64,000 nucleotides of DNA from Burkholderiales bacterium (GTDB lineage Bacteria; Pseudomonadota; Gammaproteobacteria; Burkholderiales; JBEEJL01). How positions within the stretch are numbered: the stretch's first letter is position 1; each line of letters opens with the position of its first letter. Under the pieces are notes generated by a model that did not search any database, was not told the origin of the DNA, and saw only the letters and a list, made by a program, of their open reading frames with translations. Below, in pieces: positions 50,307 to 60,620 of the stretch. The position numbers were made by a program, and so were the translations under genes. The stretch covers positions 905 to 64,904 of the forward strand of contig JBAVRP010000030.1 of NCBI GenBank assembly GCA_049695115.1, written 5' to 3'.

Positions 50307-51110
50307 TTATGAAAACAAAAAATCAGTGATTCTCTTGAACGCCAGCTCGTCCTGCAAGAAAAACCAATGCCCACCGTCAAAAAATTCCAGCGTCGAACCG
50401 GCAATTTGTTTTCTCATTGCCAGTAAATTATTGGTCGGGCAAATGCCGTCGTAAATCCCTCCGCAGATATATACCGGCATGGTCAGTTGCGGCAAGCGGT
50501 CATAAGTGTGATGCAGTTTGCGCGCTTCGATCTGCCGTCGCGCCCCCAACTCATGCCCTGCTTCGCCTGCGCCGATTCGCCTCGCCGCCTGCGATTGCTC
50601 CAACAATAATCGATACGCTTCTGCATGCCCCGCACGCCACGCCGCATCGTGGCGCGTGTCGTTTAATTCGATCATGCGTTCAGTATATTTCTCCGGCGGC
50701 AAAAATTGCAGTTGGTGGAGTGGATACGACGAGCCGCCCGCGCCGCCACCGGATGTAGCGGCGAGCACGAGTTTTTTAATTCTTTGCGGATAACGCAGAG
50801 CCAATTCCTGCGCCACCATGCCGCCGAACGAATAACCCCAGACATGGCAATCATCCCAGCCGATGGCATCGAGCAGCCTTGCGGCGTCGTCGGCGTAATC
50901 CTGCATGCTGTAGGGAATATCTGGTTTGTCGCTTTGGCCCATGCCGCGTTGGTCGAAACTCAGGATTTCAAATTGTTTAGCCGGCGGCCAATCGAAAATA
51001 TTCGGCTTGCGTCGGAGGTCGCCGCCGGTTCCGCTGAGATAAAGCAGACGTGGGCCTGTGCCCAGCAATTCATAATACAAACGGATTTTATTGGCGGTAG
51101 CGTAAGGCAT
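50307..51110 (-). CDS. alpha/beta hydrolase
   Basis: 267 aa. GYSFGG nucleophile elbow and a C-terminal GGHWF His motif. Confidence 0.85.
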   Translation of the reverse strand: MPYATANKIRLYYELLGTGPRLLYLSGTGGDLRRKPNIFDWPPAKQFEILSFDQRGMGQSDKPDIPYSMQDYADDAARLLDAIGWDDCHVWGYSFGGMVAQELALRYPQRIKKLVLAATSGGGAGGSSYPLHQLQFLPPEKYTERMIELNDTRHDAAWRAGHAEAYRLLLEQSQAARRIGAGEAGHELGARRQIEARKLHHTYDRLPQLTMPVYICGGIYDGICPTNNLLAMRKQIAGSTLEFFDGGHWFFLQDELAFKRITDFLFS

Positions 51111-51122
51111 AGCGCGCTAAAA

Positions 51123-51629
51123 TCAAGAAATTATCATTTCGAATTTCTGCAAGGTAATCGTTACACCCCATATTCTTTTTGGTATGGCTTCAGCAAGACG
51201 AAAACCTGCCCGCTCGTAAATGATTCTGGCGGGATCCAGGCCGGCAAATGTCCACAGCACGACTTTTTTATATTTGCGCTCGCGGCAAAATGCCAGCGCC
51301 TTCTCTATCAATTTCTGTCCTATGCCTTTGCCTTGCCACTCCGGCTCAACAATGAACCAACGCAACTGGACATCGCTGGTCGCCTGATCCTTGCCATCAA
51401 TGGCAATCGAGCCGGCAAATTGGCCTTCATGCTCAGCTACCCACAAGGCATCGGATTTTTTGTTGAAGGCCTGAATAAAATCGGCCAATTCCTTTGCCCT
51501 TCCCGCTTCGAACGACGAATCGAATTTCCAATGCAAATTGTAATAGGCGGCATGCGAAAGCGTGATGCGCCCTATGTCGCCGGCCTTATACCCTCGTAGC
51601 GTGACATCGCGTAACAGCATGCTGCTCAT
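51123..51629 (-). CDS. GNAT family N-acetyltransferase
   Basis: Start at MSSMLLRDVTLRG (ATG 51629), with an ATGA overlap on the upstream AKR stop. WQGKGIGQKLIEKA is the acetyl-CoA binding motif. Confidence 0.85.
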   Translation of the reverse strand: MSSMLLRDVTLRGYKAGDIGRITLSHAAYYNLHWKFDSSFEAGRAKELADFIQAFNKKSDALWVAEHEGQFAGSIAIDGKDQATSDVQLRWFIVEPEWQGKGIGQKLIEKALAFCRERKYKKVVLWTFAGLDPARIIYERAGFRLAEAIPKRIWGVTITLQKFEMIIS

Positions 51630-52663
51630 GGCGCGGGATTGGTAAAGCGAAGATGCAGGGCGTCGATTTCTTTTAGCGCTTCTTCCGGCAACGTGGTTTG
51701 GCAGGCGACAATATTTTCTTTTAGCTGCGCCATGGTTGTCGCGCCGATGATATTCGACGCAACAAACCAACGGCTTTGCACAAACGCCAATGCCAGCATC
51801 GTCGGCGTCACGCCATATTTATGCGCCAATTCAACATAGGCTTTGACTGCCGGTTGCACATTGGGCTTGGTGTAGCGCTGAGGAAATCCTTCGAACAAAG
51901 TGATACGGCCATGCGCCTTCGGGTCGGCCAGATATTTGCCGGTAAGGTAACCAAACGCAAGCGGACTATACGCTAGCAGGCTGACTTTTTCGCGAAAGCA
52001 GGTTTCCGATAAATAATGATCGAAGCTGCGATTCAATAAATTGTAGGCATTCTGTATCGACACCACCCGCGGCAGCTTGTGCAGGTCGGCCATTTTGCAA
52101 AACTCGCTCACGCCCCACGGTGTTTCATTGGAAAGCCCGATATGGCGGATTTTTCCTGCTGTGACCAATTCTGCCAACGAAGCCAGTTGCTCGCGGATAG
52201 GCGTAGTGTCGCGCTCCATTGCCGCCTCGAATTTCCAGCCGCCGAATGTGGGCACATTGCGTTCCGGCCAATGGATCTGATAAACATCTACATAATCCGT
52301 CTGCAAGCGCTTGAGGCTGCCGTCGATGGCCAAATTGATATTGGTTTTATCCAGCTTCACCGCGCCGTTGCGTATCCAGGTGAAACCGCGCTCAGGGCCG
52401 GTGATTTTAGTGGCGATAATGACTTTGTCGCGCGGCTGCTTTTTCAGCCAGGAGCCGATGTATTGTTCCGTGCGGCCATGGGTTTCTGCCTTACCCGGCA
52501 CCGGATACATTTCTGCGCAATCGATGAAATTGATACCCTGCGCCGTCGCGTAATCCAGTTGCTCATGGGCTTCCGTCTCAGTGTTCTGCTGGCCGTAAGT
52601 CATGGTACCGAGGCAGATTTCCGACACCCTCAGGTCGCTGGTTCCCAGTTGGTTGAGTTTCAT
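51626..52663 (-). CDS. aldo/keto reductase (Tas-like NADP-dependent oxidoreductase)
   Basis: 345 aa. LGTSDLRVSEICLGTMTYG, DCAEMY, GLSNETPWG. Confidence 0.9.
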   Translation of the reverse strand: MKLNQLGTSDLRVSEICLGTMTYGQQNTETEAHEQLDYATAQGINFIDCAEMYPVPGKAETHGRTEQYIGSWLKKQPRDKVIIATKITGPERGFTWIRNGAVKLDKTNINLAIDGSLKRLQTDYVDVYQIHWPERNVPTFGGWKFEAAMERDTTPIREQLASLAELVTAGKIRHIGLSNETPWGVSEFCKMADLHKLPRVVSIQNAYNLLNRSFDHYLSETCFREKVSLLAYSPLAFGYLTGKYLADPKAHGRITLFEGFPQRYTKPNVQPAVKAYVELAHKYGVTPTMLALAFVQSRWFVASNIIGATTMAQLKENIVACQTTLPEEALKEIDALHLRFTNPAP

Positions 52664-52770
52664 TTTTCTCTCACTTGCCTTAGATCGCTAATATTGATTA
52701 TCCCATAGTTTGTGCATGGCATTAGCAAGGGGCTTCAGTTACACTGGCGCCTGCAAACGTGGGGGGAATT

Positions 52771-53238
52771 ATGCCGCTGTCAGAATTCGAAAATCTGGAA
52801 TCCTTGCGCCCATTGATCGGCAAGGAAATCGCTGTCAGCGACTGGATTACCGTCACCCAAGAGCATATCAACCAATTCGCCGATGCCACCGGGGATCACC
52901 AATGGATACACGTCGATGTGGAACGAGCTATGCGCGAATCGCCGTATAAGACTACCATCGCCCACGGTTTTCTGACCTTATCCCTGCTGGCTGGCATCGC
53001 CATCGATACCATCAAAATAAAAAGTGTCAAAATGGGCGTCAACTACGGGCTCAATCGCGTGCGTTTTACCGACGCCGTGCCTGCCGGATCAAAAATCCGC
53101 GCGCATTTTGTGTTGAAAAGCATGGAAGATTTAGCGCTCGAAAATGGCTCGCAGGCAATATGGGATGTAACCGTTGAACGTGAAGGATCAAACAAGCCAG
53201 TGCTCGTGGCGGAGTGGATTGGGCGGCGGTACGAATAA
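52771..53238 (+). CDS. MaoC-family dehydratase (NodN-like)
   Basis: ATG at 52771 preceded by GGGGGGA. FADATGDHQWIHVD hydratase motif. Confidence 0.85.
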   Translation: MPLSEFENLESLRPLIGKEIAVSDWITVTQEHINQFADATGDHQWIHVDVERAMRESPYKTTIAHGFLTLSLLAGIAIDTIKIKSVKMGVNYGLNRVRFTDAVPAGSKIRAHFVLKSMEDLALENGSQAIWDVTVEREGSNKPVLVAEWIGRRYE

Positions 53239-54636
53239 CTATATCTCGAACGCTTGTCCTTTGAGCGGCAAAACAATTTCCTTCCAGCCCAATAGTTCCC
53301 GCACTTTGTCAGCGAAAATTTCCCGGTTGGCGCTTTCACCATGAATAATAAAAGTTTTCTTCGGCGCGATTTTGAAATGTCCGAGCCAATCCAATAAAGC
53401 CTTCTGATCCGCATGGGCAGACAATCCACCGATGGTATACATGCGCGCGCACACAGGAATTTCTTCGCCGAATATCGTCACTGTCTTTGCGCCATCCACT
53501 AACCTGCGACCGAGCGAACCCTCCGCCTGGAACCCAACGAATATCACGCTGCACTCCGAGCGAGGCAGGTTATGGCGTAAATGATGTCTGATGCGTCCAG
53601 CATCGCACATACCGCTTGCGGCGATGATGATGGCGCCGCGCTTGATATTGTTCAGGGCCATGGAATCTTCGACCGTCTGGGTGAATTGGATGCGGATTTT
53701 TTTCGGGTTAGCTTCCTGCCACTTTAATAGGGTGCGTGATTCGTCGTCGAGGGTTGCGCGGTATTTCATGGTGATCTGCGTGGCTTTGAGCGCCATGGGC
53801 GAATCGACGTAAACACTTAGGTCGTGCAATAAATTTCGCCGCGTCAGTTCTGTGAGTTCATGCAACACCTCCTGCGTGCGCCCGACAGCGAAGGCGGGAA
53901 TGATCACATTGCCGCCGTTTTTGAACGTGGTCTTGATCGCCTCGACCAGTTCGCGCTCGGTGTCGGGCAAAACTTTGTGCAGCCGGTTACCGTAAGTCGA
54001 TTCGGTCAGCAGGTAATCGGTTTCCGCAATCGGCGTCGGGTCGTGCATGATCGGTCGGCCGGGTTGGCCGATGTCGCCGGAGAATACTATTTTTCGCGTC
54101 GGGCCATCTTGCGTAATCCAGCATTCGATCATGGCCGAACCGAGGATGTGCCCGGCATCGCGATACCTGCAGCGTATGCCTGGGCCAGGGTTCACATCGG
54201 CATCATATTTCACTTGCCGCAGTTGCTCCAGAGCGGACTCTGCTTGTGCCGTGGTGTAAAGCGGCACAGCACCGTTTTTGCCGCCACGGCTGCCCCGTTT
54301 ACGATTTTCCCTTTCCGCTTCGCCTTCCTGAATGTGCGCGCTATCCAGCAACATCACGCCGAGCAAATCGCAGGTCGCCTCTGTCGCATATATCGGGCCT
54401 TTGAATCCTAACGCGCACAGACGCGGCAATAGGCCGGAATGGTCGATATGCGCGTGAGTCAGCAAGACAAAGTCCAGCGATCCCACATCGAATTTCAGCG
54501 CGCTGAGATTTTTTTCCTCCGCTTCGTGTCCGCCTTGAAACATGCCGCAATCGACCAAGAATTTGACGTCGCCAGTTTCAACCAGATAACTGGAACCGGT
54601 CACTTCGCCCGCCGCCCCCAAGAAATGTAATTTCAC
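53239..54636 (-). CDS. MBL-fold beta-CASP family RNA-metabolising hydrolase
   Basis: HAHIDHSG metallo-beta-lactamase motif and a beta-CASP region. GTG start at 54636 preceded by AAGGGAG at a 5-nt spacing. The track ORF's extension to 54714 is rejected. Confidence 0.85.
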   Translation of the reverse strand: MKLHFLGAAGEVTGSSYLVETGDVKFLVDCGMFQGGHEAEEKNLSALKFDVGSLDFVLLTHAHIDHSGLLPRLCALGFKGPIYATEATCDLLGVMLLDSAHIQEGEAERENRKRGSRGGKNGAVPLYTTAQAESALEQLRQVKYDADVNPGPGIRCRYRDAGHILGSAMIECWITQDGPTRKIVFSGDIGQPGRPIMHDPTPIAETDYLLTESTYGNRLHKVLPDTERELVEAIKTTFKNGGNVIIPAFAVGRTQEVLHELTELTRRNLLHDLSVYVDSPMALKATQITMKYRATLDDESRTLLKWQEANPKKIRIQFTQTVEDSMALNNIKRGAIIIAASGMCDAGRIRHHLRHNLPRSECSVIFVGFQAEGSLGRRLVDGAKTVTIFGEEIPVCARMYTIGGLSAHADQKALLDWLGHFKIAPKKTFIIHGESANREIFADKVRELLGWKEIVLPLKGQAFEI

Positions 54637-54769
54637 TTTAGCTCCCTTACCCGACTTGCGATTTAACTCTGTTCCCATTCTCACGCAACTTGTTTGATCT
54701 AGGTCAAACGCCATTACTTCGGCAGCGGTAATCTGATTATGCCGTTATTTTATTTACAAGGAGATAATA

Positions 54770-55207
54770 ATGTTTAAGACGATCCTGGTTCCAACCGACG
54801 GTTCGACCCTGTCTGAAAATACCGTCAAACAAGCCCTGCAGTTTGCTAAATTCATTAATGCCAAAGTGGTGGGATTTCATTCCATCGAGCCGTACCATGT
54901 GTTTGCGGTCGAACCAGAAATGGTCAGCGACACGCGCGAAGTCTATGAGCGCGACGCCAAATTACGGAGCGCAAAGTATCTGGCCAAGGTAGAGGATATG
55001 GCGCGCTCTGCCGGCGTGTCCTGCGAGTGCATCAGCGCCATGGACGACCACCCATGGCAAGCGATTATCAAAACAGCGCAATCGAAAAACTGTGACCTGA
55101 TCGCCATGGCCTCGCATGGCCGCCGCGGCATGCAAGGCTTGTTGCTCGGCAGCCAGGCGGCGCACGTGTTAACGCATTCCAAAATACCAGTATTGATTTT
55201 CCGATAA
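54770..55207 (+). CDS. universal stress protein (UspA family)
   Basis: 145 aa. ILVPTDGS and the GSQAAHVLTHSKIPVLI C-terminal ATP-binding-type motif. Confidence 0.9.
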   Translation: MFKTILVPTDGSTLSENTVKQALQFAKFINAKVVGFHSIEPYHVFAVEPEMVSDTREVYERDAKLRSAKYLAKVEDMARSAGVSCECISAMDDHPWQAIIKTAQSKNCDLIAMASHGRRGMQGLLLGSQAAHVLTHSKIPVLIFR

Positions 55208-55227
55208 ACCTCTACCGTTTCTCCCCA

Positions 55228-55269
55228 GGGCCGATACTGTCCGCAAACGCGGGGCGGCCCACTTTTTTT
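55228..55269 (+). terminator. Rho-independent terminator after the usp gene
   Basis: GGGCCG...(inner CCGC-aaac-GCGG)...CGGCCC followed by ACTTTTTTT. Confidence 0.6.
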
Positions 55270-55416
55270 GGACTGGGTAAAATCTTAGCGCTGCTTTACC
55301 GCAACTCTATCTGCACAAGCCACAATATTCCTCATAATCTGCTATAACTAAATAGGCCTTTGAAAAATTGTACCACCTGCATCCTGCAGGCTGCCAATAG
55401 CTTGGAGAGTTGCGCC

Positions 55417-55722
55417 ATGAAAATGTTACTCACAGTTGCCATTCCACACGAGCCGTTCAATACGCTGGTCAGAAATGGATCGGCAGGGAAAATTCTCGGA
55501 CAGATTCTCGAGGCCATGAAACCAGAGGCCGCCTACTTTACGGAACAGGACGGCACGCGCGGCGGATTTTTCGTTGTCAACGTGCAAAACGCTTCCGATG
55601 TGCCGAAATTCGCCGAGCCTTTTTTTCTCAAGTTCCAAGGCGACTGCAAATTCCGCATCTTGATGAGCCCGGAAGATTTACAAAAAGCCGGATTGGAGCA
55701 ACTCGGAAAAACCTGGGGTTAG
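55417..55722 (+). CDS. hypothetical small protein
   Basis: About 101 aa starting MKMLLTVAIPHEPFN. No motif recognised with confidence. Confidence 0.5.
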   Translation: MKMLLTVAIPHEPFNTLVRNGSAGKILGQILEAMKPEAAYFTEQDGTRGGFFVVNVQNASDVPKFAEPFFLKFQGDCKFRILMSPEDLQKAGLEQLGKTWG

Positions 55723-55804
55723 GCTGGCTGGAATAAGTCCGCAGGCTGTGCCGAAAATGCCCAGCTTCAATCGAACGAGCGGTGGCTGGGCTTCATCAGC
55801 CCAG

Positions 55805-58036
55805 CTACGTCTTTGATTGTGCCTGCGCTTTCCAGCGTTTCAGCAACAAAGAATTGCTCACCACCGATACCGAACTCAACGCCATAGCTGCACCGGCGAT
55901 GACCGGATTGAGCATGCCGAATGCCGCAAGCGGAATGCCGAGCACGTTGTAAAAAAACGCGAAAAATAAATTCTGCCGGATTTTCGACAACGTGGCGCGT
56001 GAAAGCGTGATCGCGTCAACCACGCTTAACATGTCACTGCGCATTAGCGTGATGTCCGCCGCTTCCATCGCTACTTCGGCGCCTGCGGCCATGGCAAAAC
56101 TAACGTCGGCAGATGAAAGCGCGGGGGCGTCGTTAATGCCATCACCGACCATTCCTACAATATTGTTTAACTCTTTGATTTTATTTAATTTATTTACCTT
56201 GTCCTGCGGCAGCACGCCCGCATGGAAATGTTCAATGCCGGTCTGCGCCGCTATCGTGGCCGCGGTCTGCGGATTGTCGCCGGTGAGCATGACCACGTCG
56301 ACACCCATGTCGCGTAATTTTTCCACCGCATGTTTGGTTGTCGCGCGCAAGCGGTCGGCGATGGCTATGACGCCCAACAAATTTTTATCGTCGGCCACGG
56401 CGATGACGGTTTTGCCCTGCTTGAGCAGGGGCGCCATTATCGACTCATCGATCACAATACCCCGGGACGAAATAAATTGTGGCGAGCCAAGATAAATGTT
56501 TTTTGCCGGCTCCTGAATTTGAACCGTCGCACGAACGCCTTGGCCGGTGAAGGATTCGAACCCTGACATGGGCAATACGGCAATGTGCGCGCTTTTGGCG
56601 TAATCATTCACCGCACGGGCGAGCGGATGTTCCGAGCCTTGCTCCAATGACGCGGCTATGGCCATGAGTTCATGTTCACTCAGGCCGTATTGCGGCAGCA
56701 CGTCTGTCACCGCCGGCTTGCCGTCGGTGAGAGTGCCGGTTTTATCGACCACTAAAGTTCGGATTTTTTCCGCCTGCTCCAGCGCCGCCGCGTTGCGCAC
56801 CAGCACGCCCGCTTGCGCGCCGCGCCCGGTACCCACCATGATCGCCGTAGGTGTTGCGAGCCCAAGCGCGCAAGGACAAGCGATGACCAGCACGGCAACG
56901 GCGTTAACCAACGCGCGGGTGAAGTCTCCTGCGAAAAACCACCACGCGACGAATGTCAGCAATGCAATCACCACTACCACGGGTACAAAAATGCCGGAGA
57001 TCTTGTCGGCAAGTCGTTGAATCGGCGCTTTGCTGCCCTGTGCCTCGCTCACCAAGCGGATAATGCCGGCGAGCACGGTCTGCTTGCCTGTGCCGGTGGC
57101 GCGACATTTCAACAGGCCTTGCTGGTTGAGCGTGGCGGCGAAAACTCTGGCGCCTTCTGTTTTAGCCACGGGCAGGCTTTCGCCGGTAAGCATGGATTCA
57201 TTGATGCTTGATACGCCCGATATCACCAAGCCATCGACCGGCACGCTTTCGCCGGGCCGTACCACAAAAATATCACCGCGCTGAACAGCGGCGATTTCCA
57301 CTTCCAAGATTTCATCGCCGCGCTGGATGCGAGCGGTTTTCGGTTGCAGCTTGACCAGCGCTTCGATAGCGGCAGATGTTCGGGTTTTGGCTCGCGCTTC
57401 GAGCAGCTTGCCCATCAGGATAAGCGTGATAATGGTGGCGCTGGATTCGAAATATACATGCGGCCCCGGCAGCCAGCCCAATAATACGGCAACGCTGTAA
57501 AAATATGCCATGCTGGTGCCCAGCGCAATCAGCACATCCATGTTCGCCGCGCCGCCGCGCAAGGCATGCCATGCGCCGATATAGAAGCGCTTGCCGATCC
57601 AGAATTGCACCGGCGTCGCCAAGGCGAATTGCCACCATAGCGGCAACATCAGCGAATGCGCTCCGCCAAACATCGCTATCATTTGCAACACCAGCGGCAG
57701 GGTCAGCGCGACGCTAATCCAGAAGCGCTTCAGTTCCTGTTGATATCCCGCAGCCTTGCGCGCCTTTTCTGCTTCGCGCGATCCCTCTACGATTTCGCTT
57801 CCATCGTAGCCAGCGCGTCGCACAGCCGCGATGGCAGTCTCGGCATCGGTGCCGCTTACGTGCGCGGTTTCGCTGGCAAAATTTACCGCTGCCTGCACGC
57901 CGGGCATTTTATTCAATACTTTTTCGATGCGTTGCGCGCAGGCAGCGCAGGTCATGCCGGTGATTTGTAAATCAATTACCTGCCTGTCCGTTGCAAGGTT
58001 CTGCGGGGTGTGGCTTGGGGCCAAGCTGACTGCCAT
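55805..58036 (-). CDS. copA: copper-translocating P1B-type ATPase
   Basis: 743 aa. HMA domain [14 protein letters not shown]6 CPC motif ([11 protein letters not shown]), DKTGTLT phosphorylation site, GDGINDAP. Confidence 0.95.
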   Translation of the reverse strand: MAVSLAPSHTPQNLATDRQVIDLQITGMTCAACAQRIEKVLNKMPGVQAAVNFASETAHVSGTDAETAIAAVRRAGYDGSEIVEGSREAEKARKAAGYQQELKRFWISVALTLPLVLQMIAMFGGAHSLMLPLWWQFALATPVQFWIGKRFYIGAWHALRGGAANMDVLIALGTSMAYFYSVAVLLGWLPGPHVYFESSATIITLILMGKLLEARAKTRTSAAIEALVKLQPKTARIQRGDEILEVEIAAVQRGDIFVVRPGESVPVDGLVISGVSSINESMLTGESLPVAKTEGARVFAATLNQQGLLKCRATGTGKQTVLAGIIRLVSEAQGSKAPIQRLADKISGIFVPVVVVIALLTFVAWWFFAGDFTRALVNAVAVLVIACPCALGLATPTAIMVGTGRGAQAGVLVRNAAALEQAEKIRTLVVDKTGTLTDGKPAVTDVLPQYGLSEHELMAIAASLEQGSEHPLARAVNDYAKSAHIAVLPMSGFESFTGQGVRATVQIQEPAKNIYLGSPQFISSRGIVIDESIMAPLLKQGKTVIAVADDKNLLGVIAIADRLRATTKHAVEKLRDMGVDVVMLTGDNPQTAATIAAQTGIEHFHAGVLPQDKVNKLNKIKELNNIVGMVGDGINDAPALSSADVSFAMAAGAEVAMEAADITLMRSDMLSVVDAITLSRATLSKIRQNLFFAFFYNVLGIPLAAFGMLNPVIAGAAMALSSVSVVSNSLLLKRWKAQAQSKT

Positions 58037-58058
58037 TAAGACCGTAGTACGCTGAAAA

Positions 58059-58805
58059 TTATTTTTTCTTGGTTGACGCCTTGGATTTGGCCTTAGCCGG
58101 CGTCTTTGTTTTGGCGGCGGTGGGCTTGGAAGCTTTTGGCCTCGCCGCTTTCATTTTTTCGGTCTTTTCATCCAGCGCCTGCGACAAGCCGATCAGGATG
58201 CCGCTCGCCAGCGTGGAGAAATTATGGCTGAAAGTCTCCGCCGCCTTCAGGCCGGCCATGCGCGTTTCGTGCATGGTCATATTCATGCGGTTGGTAAAAT
58301 CTTCCAGCGTGTCCATTGCATCGTGTCCGGCATCGGTTCCGGCGAGCTTGAAATGTTTCAACACGTCACCCCACGCAGACTTCATCTGCCCACCGCTTCC
58401 GGCGGAAGCTTTTTTTACCGTGGAGAAGAATTCATCTTCCAGACGCTTCATTTCCTGCATCGCGGTTTTGACGTGGGTATCGGTGAACTCTTTCCCCTGG
58501 GAATTGAATTGCTCCAAAGCCAGACGGCTCGCCTGCACGGCCTTGCGCAATGCGTCGTCCATGCCGTGCATCGCGTCTGTCAGCGCTTTTTCAGTATTGA
58601 TTTTCGGTGAAGCCGCGCCCAAGGTCACTCCTTCCGTAACACTGTGCAGCACTGATTTTATTTGCTCAAGGTTCAGTTCGCGCGTCTTGAACGCCTTTAA
58701 CGTAATGTCGCGCACCGACTCGCGCAGGTTATCGCTGTGCTTGACGGTTTCACTGGTTAATTGCTTGAGCATTGTGTCAGCATCGACGAGTATGGATTTT
58801 GCCAT
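58059..58805 (-). CDS. hypothetical coiled-coil protein with histone-H1-like Lys/Ala/Pro-rich tail (PhaM/PhaF-like?)
   Basis: 248 aa, with a helical N-terminal ~210 aa. C-terminus reads [32 protein letters not shown]. Confidence 0.55.
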   Translation of the reverse strand: MAKSILVDADTMLKQLTSETVKHSDNLRESVRDITLKAFKTRELNLEQIKSVLHSVTEGVTLGAASPKINTEKALTDAMHGMDDALRKAVQASRLALEQFNSQGKEFTDTHVKTAMQEMKRLEDEFFSTVKKASAGSGGQMKSAWGDVLKHFKLAGTDAGHDAMDTLEDFTNRMNMTMHETRMAGLKAAETFSHNFSTLASGILIGLSQALDEKTEKMKAARPKASKPTAAKTKTPAKAKSKASTKKK

Positions 58806-58905
58806 GATATTTTCCTTGTTGAGAGTAGTGGGACCGGGTAAATTAAAGCATAGTCTATTTTAACGGTTTTTGACATGGGTCAAACAAAAATCATATGTTG
58901 ATCCG

Positions 58906-59805
58906 TTACTCATTCGCCACCCCGTGCGGTACGTGTCCTGTCGCCACATGCTTCGAGGTAGATTCGCAATTGGCGTGTTGATCATCGAAAAAAATATCCG
59001 CGCCGAAAGCACGCAGGAATTCGCCTTTTTCCAGCCCGCCGAGAAACATCATTTCGTCGATGCGGATATTCCATGCGCGCAAGGTACGTATCACGCGCTC
59101 ATGCGCGGGCGCGCCGCGAGCGGTCACCAGCGCAGTGCGGATAGGCGATTTTTCCAGCGGATAATCGGACTGGATGCGGTGCAGCGCCGCAAGGAAATTT
59201 TTGAATGGCCCACCGGTGAGCGGCTCCTTGGCGGCGTTGGATTCAGTGGTGTTGAACGCATCAAGTCCATCTTTACGGTAAATCCGTTCGGCTTCGTCTG
59301 AGAACAGTACTGCGTCGCCGTCGAAAGCGATACGCAGTTGTGCCGAGGTATTCGCCCCCACGCTGCCGGGATAAATCGTCGCGGCGGCGAAACCAGCTTC
59401 GAGTGATTGCCGCACATCCTGCGGATCGGCGGATAAAAATAAATTGGTGCCGTAAGCAGACACATACGGATACGGGCTTTCACCACGGGTAAACGCAGCA
59501 CGGGTCACGTCGAGTTTGTAATGGCGGATGGAATTCATCACCCGCAAGCCGGTGTCGGCGCTATTGCGTGACAACAGCACCACTTCGACATGCGGGTGCT
59601 TGGCAGCGCCTTTGTTCAGCGCCAAGAGTTTTTTCACCAGCGGAAAAGCGACGCCGGGCTGCAACACTTCTTCCTCGTGGTCGATTTGGTATTGGTGATA
59701 CGCGCCCTCGCCTTTTTCCTGGAACACCCGATGGCTGTCGTCCAGATTGAATAAGGCCCGGGATGAAATCGCCACTACAAGTTTGTCATCAAGTTTTGCG
59801 GGCAT
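58906..59805 (-). CDS. 5'-nucleotidase family protein (PF06189-type)
   Basis: 299 aa. LVVAISSRALFNLDDSHRVFQEKGEGAYHQYQ and the C-terminal FFDDQ motif. Family assignment is from memory. Confidence 0.6.
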   Translation of the reverse strand: MPAKLDDKLVVAISSRALFNLDDSHRVFQEKGEGAYHQYQIDHEEEVLQPGVAFPLVKKLLALNKGAAKHPHVEVVLLSRNSADTGLRVMNSIRHYKLDVTRAAFTRGESPYPYVSAYGTNLFLSADPQDVRQSLEAGFAAATIYPGSVGANTSAQLRIAFDGDAVLFSDEAERIYRKDGLDAFNTTESNAAKEPLTGGPFKNFLAALHRIQSDYPLEKSPIRTALVTARGAPAHERVIRTLRAWNIRIDEMMFLGGLEKGEFLRAFGADIFFDDQHANCESTSKHVATGHVPHGVANE

Positions 59806-59822
59806 ACAATATATATGGGGTT

Positions 59823-60620
59823 CTAGCGTAAAAATTCAATTAAAACATCGAGAACTTGATCCGGCTTTTCACTCATTAATGTATGGCCGCTACTGTCTAT
59901 CAATTTCGTTTTCACGTTAGGGATAGCATCCGCCAAACCTCTTGCCGCGCGCGCCGGTGTCATCACATCTGCTTTGCCGCTAATAACAAGTGTAGGGCAA
60001 GTAATCTTCGCCGCCTGCTCCAATCCAGCTTGATAGGCATTGCAGGCCGCAAGATCAGTATAAATCACATCGGGGGCGTTGCGTTCAAGCACTCGCAAGC
60101 CGACACCGCTCAACCACATGCCCGGCGCGGGATTCGCGTTGATTTGCGCGGCTGCGCTCAGACTCCACACATTCAACATGTTTATTGCAGAATGGTCGTT
60201 AGCTTTGGCGGCGGACAACAGCGCTTCGGAAACCGGCATCGGAAACGCCGTGCCGAGCAACACAAGTTTGTGGACGCGTTGCGGATGCGCACCTGCCGCC
60301 TGCAACGCTGCGAGCGAGCCCATGCTATGGCCGACTAAACTTGCTTGGTCTATTTTTAGCTCATCGAGAATCGCGATCAGCCATTCACCGATGGCTTCAA
60401 TAGATGTCAACGGCGCGCCTTGCGATTGAGCGTGGCCGGGCAAATCTACCGCCAGAACATTGAAACCATAATGCGCAAAGTAGCGGCTTTGTAATTGCCA
60501 TGCGCCGTGATATGCGCCTGCGCCATGAACAAACATGATGGTCGGCAGCGCAGCATCGAATGCTCGACCACCGGTGTAAATAAATGCAGTTTGATTGTTG
60601 ATATTGATTTGCATGATCAA
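59823..60620 (-). CDS. alpha/beta hydrolase
   Basis: 265 aa. GHSMGS nucleophile elbow. 4-nt overlap with the upstream metY. Confidence 0.85.
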   Translation of the reverse strand: MIMQININNQTAFIYTGGRAFDAALPTIMFVHGAGAYHGAWQLQSRYFAHYGFNVLAVDLPGHAQSQGAPLTSIEAIGEWLIAILDELKIDQASLVGHSMGSLAALQAAGAHPQRVHKLVLLGTAFPMPVSEALLSAAKANDHSAINMLNVWSLSAAAQINANPAPGMWLSGVGLRVLERNAPDVIYTDLAACNAYQAGLEQAAKITCPTLVISGKADVMTPARAARGLADAIPNVKTKLIDSSGHTLMSEKPDQVLDVLIEFLR

